Below, piece after piece: positions 26,614 to 37,433 of a stretch of 64,000 bases of DNA. A program made the position numbers and the translations under genes. The notes below the pieces were generated by a model. It did no database searches. It saw only the letters and a program-made list of their open reading frames with translations, and was not told the DNA's origin. Position 1 is the stretch's first letter. Each line of letters begins with the position of its first letter. Location: NCBI GenBank assembly GCA_965204725.1, contig OZ242005.1, positions 4,480,001-4,544,000 of the forward strand. Reading direction: 5' to 3'. The stretch is from Candidatus Latescibacterota bacterium. Its GTDB lineage: Bacteria > Latescibacterota > UBA2968 > UBA8231.

Positions 26614-26642
26614 TTGACATAATTTACTAAAACAGTCATTTT
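26614..26642 (+). promoter_or_regulatory. sigma70-like promoter of proC operon
   Basis: Perfect TTGACA, 17 nt, weak -10 CATTTT. Confidence 0.4.
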
Positions 26643-26695
26643 AATTTTGCGATTGGGATTTGTCGTATTTCGCGGGTCTAACGGGTCTAAAATTG

Positions 26696-27502
26696 ATGAT
26701 CGCAAAGAGCAAATTGGGTTTTGTGGGCACCGGCAACATGGGGCGGGCACTGATTGAAGGTCTGGTCGGCCAGCTTCCTTCAGGTCAGATAACCGCGGCC
26801 GACATCCGGCCAGAAGCACTCGAAGGCTTGGCGGCTTTGGGCGTACGCACTAGCACCGACTCCGCAGATGCGGTTCGCGGCCAAGACTTGGTCGTTTTAG
26901 TGCTCAAGCCGCAAGCGGCTGCTCCCGTATTGAAGGGGCTAGCCGCTCATTTTAGTCCCCAGCAGGTCGTCGTCTCGCTCATGGCCGGCGTATCGACCGC
27001 CCGGCTCGAAGCGCTACTGCCCGCGCAAACGCCCGTGGTGCGCGTCATGCCGCAGACCCTAGTGAAGATCAAGGGGGCGGCTTGCGCCCTCTGCGCCGGT
27101 CGCGCTGCCAGCGCGGAGCAGGTAGGCCAAGTGCGGTCTCTCTTCGACTTGGTCGGCACGACGGTCGAGGTCGCCGAAAATCTCATGGACGCGGTTACTG
27201 GGCTTTCCGGCAGCGGCCCCGCTTGGGCTTACACGGTCGTCGAGGCGCTCACCGACGGGGGCGTATGCGCCGGCCTGCCGCGCGAAACCGCCTTAAAGCT
27301 GGCCGCGCAAACTCTGCTCGGGGCCGCCCGCCTCGTGCTCGAAGGGGGCGCGCATCCGGCCGTGCTCAGAGACCAAGTTACCTCGCCGGGCGGGACTACG
27401 GCCGCCGGGTTGCACAAGCTAGAAGAAAAGGGCCTGCGCGACGCCCTGATCAGCGCCGTGCTCGCCGCGGCCGCGCGCTCGGCCGAGCTGGGGCAGTCGT
27501 GA
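26696..27502 (+). CDS. proC: Pyrroline-5-carboxylate reductase
   Basis: GTGNMG, VRVMP, TGLSGSGPA, VTSPGGTT. Confidence 0.95.
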   Translation: MIAKSKLGFVGTGNMGRALIEGLVGQLPSGQITAADIRPEALEGLAALGVRTSTDSADAVRGQDLVVLVLKPQAAAPVLKGLAAHFSPQQVVVSLMAGVSTARLEALLPAQTPVVRVMPQTLVKIKGAACALCAGRAASAEQVGQVRSLFDLVGTTVEVAENLMDAVTGLSGSGPAWAYTVVEALTDGGVCAGLPRETALKLAAQTLLGAARLVLEGGAHPAVLRDQVTSPGGTTAAGLHKLEEKGLRDALISAVLAAAARSAELGQS

Positions 27503-28101
27503 TTGCAGTCATCGACTACGGCATGGGGAATTTGCGGAGTGTGCAGAAAGCCTTTGAATTTCTCGGCTATGACGCCGAGGTCGTCGAAGCCCCCGAGTGC
27601 CTAAACGCGGCCACCCATCTCGTGTTGCCCGGCGACGCGGCCTTTGGCGATGCCATGCACAACTTGCAAACGGCCGGTTGGGACGCGGCCATTGCGCAAG
27701 GTCTCGCGGCCGGCAAGCCCTTCTTAGGTATCTGCGTGGGGTTACAGCTCATGTTCGAGGAAAGCGAGGAAATGGGAAGGCATCGCGGCCTCGGAATCCT
27801 GCCGGGCGCATGCGTCCGGTTCCCTCCCACCGAGCGGGTGCCGCACATCGGCTGGAACCAAATCGCCATCAAGCGCAAGGTCTCGCTCTTAGAGGGCATC
27901 CCCGAAGGGAGTTTTTTTTACTTTGTGCATTCCTACTACGTGGTAGCCGCAAACAAAGACGATTGCGTCGCCACGACCGACTACGGGATTGACTACACCT
28001 CAATCGCCGGAAACGGTCGCGTCTTTGGCGTACAATTTCATCCAGAAAAAAGCCAAACCTACGGCCTGCGCCTGCTCGACAACTTTGCGCGTCTGCGCTG
28101 A
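27499..28101 (+). CDS. hisH: Imidazole glycerol phosphate synthase, glutaminase subunit
   Basis: IDYGMGNLRSV, LGICVGLQ, PHIGWN, YFVHSY, QFHPEKS. Confidence 0.96.
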   Translation: MIAVIDYGMGNLRSVQKAFEFLGYDAEVVEAPECLNAATHLVLPGDAAFGDAMHNLQTAGWDAAIAQGLAAGKPFLGICVGLQLMFEESEEMGRHRGLGILPGACVRFPPTERVPHIGWNQIAIKRKVSLLEGIPEGSFFYFVHSYYVVAANKDDCVATTDYGIDYTSIAGNGRVFGVQFHPEKSQTYGLRLLDNFARLR

Positions 28102-28104
28102 AAT

Positions 28105-28878
28105 ATGCTCGCCAAGCGAATCATTCCCTGTCTAGATGTCAAAAACGGCCGCAACGTGCGCGGGGTGCGCTTTTCGGCTGACCGCGACGCCGGCGACCCC
28201 GTCGAGCTAGCCACGCGCTACGACGCCGAAGGCGCAGACGAGCTCGTCTTCTACGACATCACGGCTTCGGCCGATGGTCGCGCCATCGTCATGGACCTCG
28301 TGCGCCAAGTCTCCGAGCGGGTCTTTATTCCCCTGATGGTCGGCGGCGGCATTCGCACCCTCGCAGACGTGCGCCACATTCTCAAGACCGGGGCCGACAA
28401 GATCTCGATCAACTCGGCCCATGTATATTCGCCGGAAATCATCAACCAAAGTGCGGAGAGCTTCGGCTCGCAGTGCATCGTCGCGGCGATCGACGCGCTC
28501 AGGCGGCCGACCGCGCCCGACGAGCCGCCAGCGTGGGAGCTATACATCAACGGCGGGCGCAAAGCCACCGGCATCGATGCCCTAGAGTGGGTGGAGGCTC
28601 TCGTCGATCGCGGGGCGGGCGAGTTGGTGCTCAACAGCATCGACGCCGACGGGACGCGCACTGGGTACGACCTCGCACTAAACCGCGCAGTGGCGCGCCG
28701 CGTAGATGTGCCCATTGTCGCCTCGGGCGGCGCCGGCAACCTTGAGCACATCCACGAGGTCCTGACCACGGGCGAGGCCAGCGCCGCGCTGGCGGCCTCC
28801 ATCTTCCACTTCGAGCAGTACTCGATTCCCCAAGTCAAGCACTTCCTGCGCGAGCGCGGGGTGATGGTGCGCCCGTGA
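28105..28878 (+). CDS. hisF: Imidazole glycerol phosphate synthase, cyclase subunit
   Basis: [39 protein letters not shown]. Confidence 0.97.
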   Translation: MLAKRIIPCLDVKNGRNVRGVRFSADRDAGDPVELATRYDAEGADELVFYDITASADGRAIVMDLVRQVSERVFIPLMVGGGIRTLADVRHILKTGADKISINSAHVYSPEIINQSAESFGSQCIVAAIDALRRPTAPDEPPAWELYINGGRKATGIDALEWVEALVDRGAGELVLNSIDADGTRTGYDLALNRAVARRVDVPIVASGGAGNLEHIHEVLTTGEASAALAASIFHFEQYSIPQVKHFLRERGVMVRP

Positions 28879-30020
28879 CCAAGGCAAGCGAAGTGCCGCG
28901 ACAGGCACTGATGAGCAAGGTGCAGCGGCTGGTCGTCAAAATTGGTAGCAGCACCCTGACCACGCAGAGCCACAAGCTCGACGATGAGGTCGTCACCCAG
29001 CTCGTCGAAGATGTAAGCGAGTTGCGCTCACAGGGATTGGAGGTGGCGATCGTCACCTCGGGAGCGGTGGCCGCGGGCATGGGGCGGATGGAATTGACCA
29101 AACGCCCGGACGACATCGCCCAACTGCAAGCCCTCGCGGCCATCGGCCAAGTCCTGTTGATGGATAGGTACAAGGACCAGTTCCACCGCCGCGGCGTACC
29201 GGTCGGCCAAGTGCTCTTAACCGCCGAGGATATCCTCGGCGACCGCCATCGCTACGTAAATCTCGAAAACACCTTTCGCAACCTCTTTGCTTATGGGGCC
29301 GTGCCCCTAATCAATGAAAACGATAGCGTCGCCGTGGCCGAGCTCCGGCGGCAGCTCGGGGAAAACGACATGCTCGCCGCTTATGTGACCAACCTGATCC
29401 GGGCGGATATGCTGGTCATTTTCTCGGATGTCGAGGGGCTTTACCCCGCCTTCGGTCCGCACGGCCCCGAAGGCACCCTCGTCAATCAAGTGACCCCAGA
29501 CAGCCTCGACCTAGAGGGGATGATTGGCCGTTCACTCAACGGCCGCGGCCGGGGCGGCATGGCAACCAAACTACGGGCCGCACGGCTCTTGATGACCTGC
29601 GGCGAAATGGCGGTCATCGCGCACGGGCGCAAGCACCGATTGCGCCACATTCTTGCGGGCCGCGAGCAAGGGACGCTCTTTCTGCCAACCGGCCCCAAGC
29701 TCAACAGCCGGCATCGCTGGATCGGCTTTGCCAGCCAGTGCCGGGGCAGCGCGGTGATCGACCGAGGTGCCCAACGCGCCATCGCCGAGCAAGACAAGAG
29801 TCTGCTCCCGGTGGGAGTCGTCGCCTGCGAGGGCGAGTTTGCCGCCGGCGACGTGGTGCAGGTAATCGGCAAGCACGGCGAGAAGTTGGGGCGGGGCTTG
29901 TGCCGTTACTCCTCCTCTGATTTACGCCGCATCCTGGGCCTGAGCTCGCCCGAAGTCGCAAGCGCGCTGGGGCACCCCGCCCGAGCGGTCATCCACCGCG
30001 ACGACCTCGTCTTATTCTAA
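28875..30020 (+). CDS. proB: Glutamate 5-kinase
   Basis: [32 protein letters not shown] domain, IHRDDL. Confidence 0.96.
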   Translation: MTKASEVPRQALMSKVQRLVVKIGSSTLTTQSHKLDDEVVTQLVEDVSELRSQGLEVAIVTSGAVAAGMGRMELTKRPDDIAQLQALAAIGQVLLMDRYKDQFHRRGVPVGQVLLTAEDILGDRHRYVNLENTFRNLFAYGAVPLINENDSVAVAELRRQLGENDMLAAYVTNLIRADMLVIFSDVEGLYPAFGPHGPEGTLVNQVTPDSLDLEGMIGRSLNGRGRGGMATKLRAARLLMTCGEMAVIAHGRKHRLRHILAGREQGTLFLPTGPKLNSRHRWIGFASQCRGSAVIDRGAQRAIAEQDKSLLPVGVVACEGEFAAGDVVQVIGKHGEKLGRGLCRYSSSDLRRILGLSSPEVASALGHPARAVIHRDDLVLF

Positions 30021-30029
30021 AAACCGACC

Positions 30030-30311
30030 GTGACTAAAACGGCCAAGATCTTGCTAATCGCCTTCTTCGCTTTGGTGGCTTACGTGGCCTTTGGCAATGG
30101 GCTGTTCTACAAGGTGTGGCAGGAAGAGAAAACCCTAACGGAACTCGAAGTGCAGGTGCAACAACTAGAAGCCGAAACCGACAGCTTGCGCCGAGTGCTA
30201 AAGCTACTCAAGGGCGACCTTGACTTCATTGAAAGGGTCGCGCGCGAAGAGCTCGGCTTGGTCAAACCGGGCGAGGTGGTCATTCCCCTGCCGGCGGAAG
30301 AGAGCGATTAA
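30030..30311 (+). CDS. ftsB: Septum formation initiator (FtsB/DivIC family)
   Basis: TM + coiled coil + IERVAREELGLVKPGE. Confidence 0.85.
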   Translation: MTKTAKILLIAFFALVAYVAFGNGLFYKVWQEEKTLTELEVQVQQLEAETDSLRRVLKLLKGDLDFIERVAREELGLVKPGEVVIPLPAEESD

Positions 30312-30315
30312 CTCA

Positions 30316-31083
30316 ATGCCGCGCACCATCGTCAAAACGCACGCCATCGTGCTGCGCACCATGCGCCTCGGCGAGACCAGTAGCCTCGTGACGTTATACG
30401 CTCAGGAGTGCGGCAAACTCAAGGCCATGGCCCGAGGTGCCCGCAAGCCCAAGAGCCGGTTCGGCGCCGCGCTCGGCTTGATGACCGAGGTGCAAGCCGT
30501 CTGCTACATCAAAGAAACCCGCGATCTGCAAACCCTGAGCGAATGCACCCTGCTCAAGCCAGCCCCCGATTTATCGCAAAGCCTAGAGCGGCTTTCCTTT
30601 GGCAGCGCCGCCTGCGAGTTGGTCGATCGCCTGACGATCGAAGGCGAGGGCAACCCCCGGCTCTACCAGTGCCTATCTGGGGTATTGCGCGGCCTTGCTG
30701 AAGTAGAGTCCGAGCAAGTCGAATCCCTGTTCTGGTACTTCCAGTTGCGCGCCGCGGCGGCCCTCGGCTACCGCCCGGAGCTGCGCCAGTGCATTACCTG
30801 CCAACGCGCACTAGGCGGTCCCTCGGCGTGGTTCAGCGCGGCCCTAGGGGGCAGCCTGTGCGCCGCCTGTGGGCCTGGGCACGGCATGCGTCTAGCCGAG
30901 CACAACTTGCGCTTTCTCGCCGCCCTCCAAGGGCTTAGGACCTACAGCAAGGAAGCACTCCCCCAAGCCCCTTCCCAGCGCGGCGAGATCCGCATGGCGT
31001 TGCGCGGCTTTCTAGAGTACCACGGCGGCGAGCACAGCCGGCTCAAATCGCTCGATTTTCTCGATGGCCTCCATAGTCAATAG
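30316..31083 (+). CDS. recO: DNA repair protein RecO
   Basis: AIVLR...GETS, ARGARKPKSRFG, CxxC...CxxC, LKSL. Confidence 0.93.
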   Translation: MPRTIVKTHAIVLRTMRLGETSSLVTLYAQECGKLKAMARGARKPKSRFGAALGLMTEVQAVCYIKETRDLQTLSECTLLKPAPDLSQSLERLSFGSAACELVDRLTIEGEGNPRLYQCLSGVLRGLAEVESEQVESLFWYFQLRAAAALGYRPELRQCITCQRALGGPSAWFSAALGGSLCAACGPGHGMRLAEHNLRFLAALQGLRTYSKEALPQAPSQRGEIRMALRGFLEYHGGEHSRLKSLDFLDGLHSQ

Positions 31084-31119
31084 ATCGGCCCTACCTACCT
31101 AAACGTACTGGAGAGTTTC

Positions 31120-32493
31120 ATGTCCGACGACGCAATGGAAAAACTAGTATCCCTGTGCAAGCGCAAAGGCTTCATCTTTCAAAGCTCGGAAATCTACGGC
31201 GGCCTCAACGGCTGCTGGGACTACGGCCCTTTGGGCGTCGAGTTGTTGCGCAACATCAAAGAGGCTTGGTGGAAGGCCATGACCTACCGAGAGGACATCG
31301 AGGGCCTCGACGCCAGCATCCTCATGAATCAGCGGGTGTGGGAGGCATCGGGCCACGTCGCCAGCTTTACCGACCCCATGGTCGAAGATCGCAAGACCAA
31401 CGAGCGCTTCCGGCTCGATCAGCTCCTCGAAGAAAACGGCCTCGACGTAGCCGGCCTGAGCGCCGAGGAGATGGAGACGCTGCTGCGCGAGCGCGACATC
31501 AAAAGCCCCAAGGGCAACGAATTGAGCGACCCGCGGCAATTCAACCTAATGTTCAAAACCTTCGTCGGCCCGCTCGAAGACGACAGCGCACGGGTCTTTC
31601 TCCGCCCAGAGACCGCGCAGGGCATCTTCGTCAACTACCTCAACGTGCAGGCCGCGGCGCGCCAGAAGTTGCCCTTTGGCATCGCCCAAATCGGCAAGGC
31701 ATTCCGCAACGAGATCAACACGAAGAACTTTCTCTTCCGCACTCGGGAATTCGAGCAGATGGAGATGCAGTACTTCGTCGCGCCGGGCACACAAGACGAG
31801 TGGTTCAATTATTGGCGCGAGGAACGCTGGAAGTGGTTTGGGCAAATCGGCCTGCCCGAGCGCAAGCTGAGCTGGCACGAACACCAAGGCGACGAACTGG
31901 CCCACTATGCCCGCGCCGCCTTCGACATCCAGTACGAGTTTCCCTTTGGCCGCGGCGAGATCGAGGGCATCCACAATCGCGGCGACTACGACCTGTCGCA
32001 ACACGAAAAATTCTCGGGCAAACAACTCAAGTACTTCGACGAGCAGCAGCGTACTAGGTTTGTGCCCTACGTGGTAGAGACCTCAATAGGAGCCAGCCGC
32101 ACGCTAATGGCCTGCCTAGTCGAAGCATACTACGAGGAAGAGGTCCGCGGCGAGACCCGGGTGGTGATGCGCTTTCACCCGCGCATCGCGCCGATCAAAG
32201 CGGCGGTATTGCCCTTGGTCAAGCGCGACGGCATGCCCGCCATTGCCCGGCAAGTTGCTGCGGATCTCCGGCCGTACATGCGGGTTTTTTACGACGAGGG
32301 CGGCGCGATCGGCCGCCGCTACCGGCGCATGGACGAGGTGGGGACGCCGTTTTGCCTAACGGTCGATTCGGATACCCTAAAGGACCAGACCGTCACCGTG
32401 CGCGTCCGCGACACCATGGCCCAAGAGCGAGTGCCCATAGCTGAGTTGCGCCCCCACCTTGAGAGCGGCATGGACGCTTGGCAAATCCCTTGA
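31120..32493 (+). CDS. glyQS: Glycine-tRNA ligase (alpha2 type)
   Basis: SSEIYGG, LRPETAQGIF, GKAFRNEI, FRTREFEQME, IGRRYRRMDEVGTP. Confidence 0.96.
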   Translation: MSDDAMEKLVSLCKRKGFIFQSSEIYGGLNGCWDYGPLGVELLRNIKEAWWKAMTYREDIEGLDASILMNQRVWEASGHVASFTDPMVEDRKTNERFRLDQLLEENGLDVAGLSAEEMETLLRERDIKSPKGNELSDPRQFNLMFKTFVGPLEDDSARVFLRPETAQGIFVNYLNVQAAARQKLPFGIAQIGKAFRNEINTKNFLFRTREFEQMEMQYFVAPGTQDEWFNYWREERWKWFGQIGLPERKLSWHEHQGDELAHYARAAFDIQYEFPFGRGEIEGIHNRGDYDLSQHEKFSGKQLKYFDEQQRTRFVPYVVETSIGASRTLMACLVEAYYEEEVRGETRVVMRFHPRIAPIKAAVLPLVKRDGMPAIARQVAADLRPYMRVFYDEGGAIGRRYRRMDEVGTPFCLTVDSDTLKDQTVTVRVRDTMAQERVPIAELRPHLESGMDAWQIP

Positions 32494-32574
32494 CCCAATA
32501 GTATAAATCCTGATATTATCTTCGCGCTTGGGACTTGGGATTTACCCTCGCGTTGCGATGCTGTATCCGGTATA

Positions 32575-32661
32575 GCGAAAGTGGCGAAATTGGTAGACGC
32601 GCTAGACTTAGGATCTAGTGCCCGAAAGGGCTTGGGGGTTCGAGTCCCCCCTTTCGCACCA
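32575..32661 (+). tRNA. tRNA-Leu(TAG)
   Basis: GCGAAAG/CTTTCGC acceptor stem, CTAGA-CTTAGGA-TCTAG anticodon arm, long variable arm, GTTCGAG, 3' CCA. Confidence 0.96.
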
Positions 32662-32724
32662 TAAATAAACGAGCGCACGACCGGCGATTAGGCGGTGCGC
32701 CCTAGCCTTGTAGGATTGCATTTC

Positions 32725-33966
32725 GTGAAGACTCAGGTAACAGAGAAAGGCCAGTGGGCACGCGAGCTAGCCGTTGAAGTCGAGGCTGCACGCATTGACG
32801 AAGCCTTCAATAAGGCCCTGCGCCAATACCAAAAGCGGCTGGAGATTCCGGGCTTTCGCAAGGGCAAAGTGCCGCTCAGAATCGTCAAGGCACGCTTTGG
32901 CCCTTCCATTCGCGGCGAGGTTCTCGGCGATCTCCTCCCCTCCTTGCTAGAAGAAGCCACGCAGGCGGCCGGCCTCCGCCCAGCCGCACCCCCCAGAATC
33001 TCCCAGCTCGACCCCGAGGCACAAGGGGGCCTGACGTTTACGGCAGACCTTGACATCTGGCCCGAGATCAAAGCCGAGCACTACGAAAACCTCGCCGCCA
33101 CCCGCATGATTCACGAGGTGACCGACGAGGAAGTCGGCGCGCATCTAGAAGAGCTGCGTCGCCGCCACGCCACCGAACGAGTCGTCGAGCGGCCATCGGC
33201 CCAAGGCGATGTGCTCGTCGCGGATTTGCAGCGGCTCGACGACAGCGGCCTGCCCGTCATTGGCGATAAGTACGAGAAGCGCCACCTCCTCATCGACGAG
33301 AACGAGCTCGGCCCCGAGTTTGCAACGGCCCTCGTCGGCATGGGTGCTGGCGAAGAGCGCAAGGTTCGCTTCACCGACCGCGAGGACCCGGCCGACGACC
33401 AGCGCGCTAGCCGGCCCATGCACTTCGCGGTGGCAGCCCACGAGGTGCGCGAACGCACCCTGCCCGAGCTCGACGACGAGTTCGCCAAAGACCTCGGCGA
33501 GCAGTTCCAGACCCTCAGCGACTTGCGCCAGTTCGTCGGCGAGCAAATCCGCGATCATTGGGCATACATGGCCCAACAGCGCCTGCACAGCGAGTTGATC
33601 AGCCAGCTCATCGAAAAAAACGACTTTGAACTGCCCGAGAGCATGGTCGATAACTACCTCTTCTCGCTCGAGCGGGAGCATGCCGATCACGACCACGACG
33701 ACCACGACCACGACCATAGCTACAGCGACGAAGAGCGCACTCAAGCCACGCGCCAGCTCAAGCGCTACATACTGCTCGAAAGCGTGCGCCAACAAGCCGG
33801 GATCGAAGCAACGGACGAGGAAGTTGCCCAATTCACCGCCATCGCCCACGCCCACGGCCAAGCGGCCGATTTACCAGACGAGGATGGAGTGCGGCGCGAA
33901 TTAGAAGACCAAAAGGTCTTTGACTTGCTCGTCGCCAAAGCCGAAATCAAAGAGGAAAAGGTATAA
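32725..33966 (+). CDS. tig: Trigger factor
   Basis: IPGFRKGKVP; position tRNA-Leu-tig-clpP-clpX. Confidence 0.93.
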   Translation: MKTQVTEKGQWARELAVEVEAARIDEAFNKALRQYQKRLEIPGFRKGKVPLRIVKARFGPSIRGEVLGDLLPSLLEEATQAAGLRPAAPPRISQLDPEAQGGLTFTADLDIWPEIKAEHYENLAATRMIHEVTDEEVGAHLEELRRRHATERVVERPSAQGDVLVADLQRLDDSGLPVIGDKYEKRHLLIDENELGPEFATALVGMGAGEERKVRFTDREDPADDQRASRPMHFAVAAHEVRERTLPELDDEFAKDLGEQFQTLSDLRQFVGEQIRDHWAYMAQQRLHSELISQLIEKNDFELPESMVDNYLFSLEREHADHDHDDHDHDHSYSDEERTQATRQLKRYILLESVRQQAGIEATDEEVAQFTAIAHAHGQAADLPDEDGVRRELEDQKVFDLLVAKAEIKEEKV

Positions 33967-33969
33967 TTC

Positions 33970-34578
33970 ATGTCGCTGATTCCAATGGTCATCGAACAGA
34001 CGGGCCGGGGCGAGCGCTCATACGACATCTACTCGCGGCTGCTCAAGGACCGCATAATTTTCGTGGGCACTCCGATCAACGACGCGATTGCCAACCTCGT
34101 TATTGCCCAGATGCTCTTCCTCGCTTCTGAGGATCCCCAAAAGGACATCGCGCTTTATCTCAACACCCCCGGCGGGCTGATCTCGGCGGGCATGGCCATC
34201 TACGACACCATGCAATACGTAGCCTCCGACATATCCACTATTTGCATCGGCCAAGCGTCCAGCATGGGCGCCGTGCTGCTGGCCGGCGGCGCCAAGGGCA
34301 AGCGCCAAGCCCTGCCCAACGCCCGCGTCTTGCTGCACCAGCCCATGGGCGGGATCGGCGGCCAAGCGGCCGACATGGAGATCCACGCCCGCGAGATCAT
34401 CGCCATGCGCCAGCAGATCAACGAGGTCCTAGTTGAATGTACCGGGCAGCCGCTAGCGCAAATTGAGCAGGACACCGAGCGCGACTTCTTTATGTCGGCC
34501 GCAGCAGCCGTCGAATACGGCATCATCGACGAAATCGTCGCTCCATCGCGCGTCGAGGTAGCCCCTTCCTCAGTATAG
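33970..34578 (+). CDS. clpP: Clp protease proteolytic subunit
   Basis: [31 protein letters not shown]. Confidence 0.97.
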   Translation: MSLIPMVIEQTGRGERSYDIYSRLLKDRIIFVGTPINDAIANLVIAQMLFLASEDPQKDIALYLNTPGGLISAGMAIYDTMQYVASDISTICIGQASSMGAVLLAGGAKGKRQALPNARVLLHQPMGGIGGQAADMEIHAREIIAMRQQINEVLVECTGQPLAQIEQDTERDFFMSAAAAVEYGIIDEIVAPSRVEVAPSSV

Positions 34579-34587
34579 GAGCCTGTT

Positions 34588-35838
34588 TTGCGTCGCCGCC
34601 CTCCCAAAAGCGATCCGCGCTGCTCGTTCTGTGCGCGCAGTAGCAACCAAGTTGACAAGATCATAACCGGCCCGCAGGTCTATATCTGCAACGAGTGCGT
34701 CAAGCTATGCAACGACATCATGGTCGAAGAGCGGCAAAAGACCCTCCCTTGGGAGACCGCAGAGATGCCCAAGCCGACCCAAATCAAGGATTTCCTCGAC
34801 GAGTACGTCATAGCCCAAGAGCGGGCCAAGAAAATTCTCGCGGTCGCCGTGTACAACCACTACAAGCGCATCCGCACCAAAGTTGACTTAGACGAGGTAG
34901 AACTCGAAAAAAGCAACGTAATGCTCATCGGCCCCACCGGCACCGGCAAGACCGAACTGGCCAAAACCTTGGCAAAATTTTTGCAAGTCCCCTTCTCCAT
35001 TGCCGACGCGACCATTCTCACCGAGGCCGGCTACGTGGGCGAGGACGTGGAGAACATCCTCGTGAGCCTTTTGCAAGCGGCCGATTACGACGTGCCCCGC
35101 GCCGAAAAAGGCATCCTCTATCTCGACGAGGTTGACAAGATCTCCCGCAAGGGCGCGACGCCTTCGGTTGGCCGCGACGTGTCGGGCGAGGGCGTCCAGC
35201 AAGCCCTGCTCAAAATTTTGGAAGGCACCACCGCCAACATCCCACCCAAGGGGGGCCGCAAGCACCCTGAGCAGCCGATGATCCAGATGGATACCCGCAA
35301 CATCCTCTTCGTCTGCGGCGGGGCTTTCGAGGGGCTAGACAAGGTCATTAGCCAACGGGTCGGCAAGCGCACCATGGGCTTTGGGGCCGACGGCGACGAC
35401 GAGCCCAACTCCGACACCCCAGACATATTATCGCTGGTGCAGCCCGAAGACCTGCTCGCCTACGGCATGATCCCCGAATTTGTCGGCCGCGTCCCGGTAA
35501 TCACCACTATGGACTCTCTCGATGCAGACGACTTGCTCCGCATCCTCACCGAGCCGCACGACGCCATCATCAAGCAATCGCAGCGGCTCTTTGCCATGGA
35601 CGGCGTCGAGGTCGAGTTCACAGAGGAATCCCTGCGCAAGATAGTGGCCCTGACCGTTCACAAGGGCACCGGGGCCCGCGGCCTGCGCTCCGTCTTAGAG
35701 CAGGCCATGATGGACATCATGTTCGACGTCCCCTCTCAGAAGGGCGTAACGCGCCTGCAAGTTACGGGCGAAATGATCGAGAGCGGGATCGAGCAGTACA
35801 GCAGCGAAGACGAAGCAATGCAGCGCAAACGCGCCTGA
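34588..35838 (+). CDS. clpX: Clp protease ATP-binding subunit ClpX
   Basis: CSFC...[39 protein letters not shown]. Confidence 0.97.
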   Translation: MRRRPPKSDPRCSFCARSSNQVDKIITGPQVYICNECVKLCNDIMVEERQKTLPWETAEMPKPTQIKDFLDEYVIAQERAKKILAVAVYNHYKRIRTKVDLDEVELEKSNVMLIGPTGTGKTELAKTLAKFLQVPFSIADATILTEAGYVGEDVENILVSLLQAADYDVPRAEKGILYLDEVDKISRKGATPSVGRDVSGEGVQQALLKILEGTTANIPPKGGRKHPEQPMIQMDTRNILFVCGGAFEGLDKVISQRVGKRTMGFGADGDDEPNSDTPDILSLVQPEDLLAYGMIPEFVGRVPVITTMDSLDADDLLRILTEPHDAIIKQSQRLFAMDGVEVEFTEESLRKIVALTVHKGTGARGLRSVLEQAMMDIMFDVPSQKGVTRLQVTGEMIESGIEQYSSEDEAMQRKRA

Positions 35839-35884
35839 TCTCCCAGCTTCTGGCGATGCGCTTTTCCTCGGTCGAATTCAAAAT
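35824..35884 (+). repeat. 61-bp direct repeat, left copy
   Basis: Identical to 38108-38168; covers clpX 3' end and engB 5' end. Confidence 0.95.
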
Positions 35885-36044
35885 TGGCACTGGGGCGCAC
35901 GTGATCTCGGATGGGAACGAAGAAACGGCGCGGGTGGGGCGAGCGCATACGCGGCGGGCGATGCCAACGTAAGTAGCGTAAGAGCGTTATCGAAAATTGT
36001 ACAAAAGACGCGACTCTTTTCATCCTAACCATTGGAGAAGACTG

Positions 36045-37049
36045 ATGATTTTCGCACTAAGGGGGCCTAACTTCCAAAAAGATCCAGAAGGATACCGTAA
36101 TTGGACATCTCTTATCTCCACGTCTCTGCAAGAAGGTCTGGGGCGTTTTGGTTGGAGCTATGTCGAAACCGCCGACTTACACCAGTTAGAGAGGAGGATA
36201 CAGGAGAAAGGCTGGGATGACCTAAGCGATTGCGAACAGGATTGTTATCAAGAATTCCTACTCAACCTTAGCCAAGACGATTATGTGGTTTACATCAACT
36301 TGCCAGAGCCGGGTAAATGTACTCTCGCTCGCGTCACCACCCCTTATTTTTGGGAGTGGGATGGCGAAGGCAGTGATTTCAACCATCGTTTTTACGTTGA
36401 TCCCGACTCAGTTTTTGATTTTGATAGCAACGATGCAATCGTTCAGCGTTCCTTATCTGTGAGGCTGAAACTCCCACCGAAGTATTGGCGCATCTACCTG
36501 TATGAGGAGTTTGAACGTCTTGTAGAGGCACTAAAAGAGGGGAAAGGGGGTACGCCTAGTACAAAAGAGACAAGACTTGATTCTCTCAGAGAGACAATCA
36601 AGCCATCCCTCGCAGAGATTACAAAGCAAGTTCAATACAATTATCCAAGAAAAGATCTTGAAGAATTGATTGCCGAAGTCTTCAGGAACGTCCCTAGTGT
36701 CAAAGAAGTAAGGGAACAAGGTGGTTCTGGAGAACGTGGTGCAGACCTGATCGTGACCTATGAATCGGGGATGCCCATTCTGGAACTTCAAGGACAACAT
36801 ACCTGCGTTGTCCAAGTGAAATCGTACAAAAACGAGCAGTGGGACACCCACGCCGTAAAACAAATTCGAGAGGCACTCGAGCATTGGGACGCAGATGCAG
36901 GATTGATTGTATCTACTGCGTCCTCCAGAACCACAGCACTTGACGATGCCCTTGATCAACTCCGGGAAGAAACGGGAAAACCGGTTGGCTTGCTTATCGG
37001 CGAAGACCTCGCCGCGTTCGTGCTGCGTTTCGGCAAGGTCACCTACTGA
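36045..37049 (+). CDS. Mrr-like (type IV) restriction endonuclease with uncharacterised N-terminal domain
   Basis: C-term LEELIAEVF...ERGADLIV...VVQVKSY...GLIVST...LLIGEDL; SD GGAGAAG. Confidence 0.8.
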   Translation: MIFALRGPNFQKDPEGYRNWTSLISTSLQEGLGRFGWSYVETADLHQLERRIQEKGWDDLSDCEQDCYQEFLLNLSQDDYVVYINLPEPGKCTLARVTTPYFWEWDGEGSDFNHRFYVDPDSVFDFDSNDAIVQRSLSVRLKLPPKYWRIYLYEEFERLVEALKEGKGGTPSTKETRLDSLRETIKPSLAEITKQVQYNYPRKDLEELIAEVFRNVPSVKEVREQGGSGERGADLIVTYESGMPILELQGQHTCVVQVKSYKNEQWDTHAVKQIREALEHWDADAGLIVSTASSRTTALDDALDQLREETGKPVGLLIGEDLAAFVLRFGKVTY

Positions 37050-37103
37050 TATAGCCCCCTGCTGAGACACGTTCCAACGATATGCGAATATATAAATAAT
37101 GTC

Positions 37104-37361
37104 ATGACGGGCGACGACGAGAAGCTCCGCAGCGCGGCGTGGTTTGGCGACCAGTTGGCACCAAGGGTTTGTCTCCCGCGGCTGGGCCAAAAACCAAGGC
37201 CATCCCGAGCAAATGTTCGACGGCCGGCCCGTGATCGGGATCTGCAATACGTGGTCGGATTTGAACCCTTGCAATGCCCATCTGCGGATTTGGCCGAGCA
37301 GGTCAAGCGCGGGGTGTACGAGACCGGGGGCTTTCCGCTCAAATTTCCGGTCAACTACTAG
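37104..37361 (+). pseudogene. IlvD/Edd-family dehydratase 5' fragment, frameshifted
   Basis: KLRSAAWFG / FDGRPVIGICNTWSDLNPCNAHLR / LAEQVKRGVYETGGFPLKFPV split over two frames. Confidence 0.85.
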
Positions 37362-37433
37362 AGGCCGAGGCCGGGATTTCGCGCTCAGACGGGCACTGCA
37401 TGACCATGGGCACGGCCTCGACAAAACAAAAAG

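Noticed and set aside
32575-32700. tRNA-Leu as an island integration site
   Set aside because: No duplicated tRNA 3' end seen; tig follows directly
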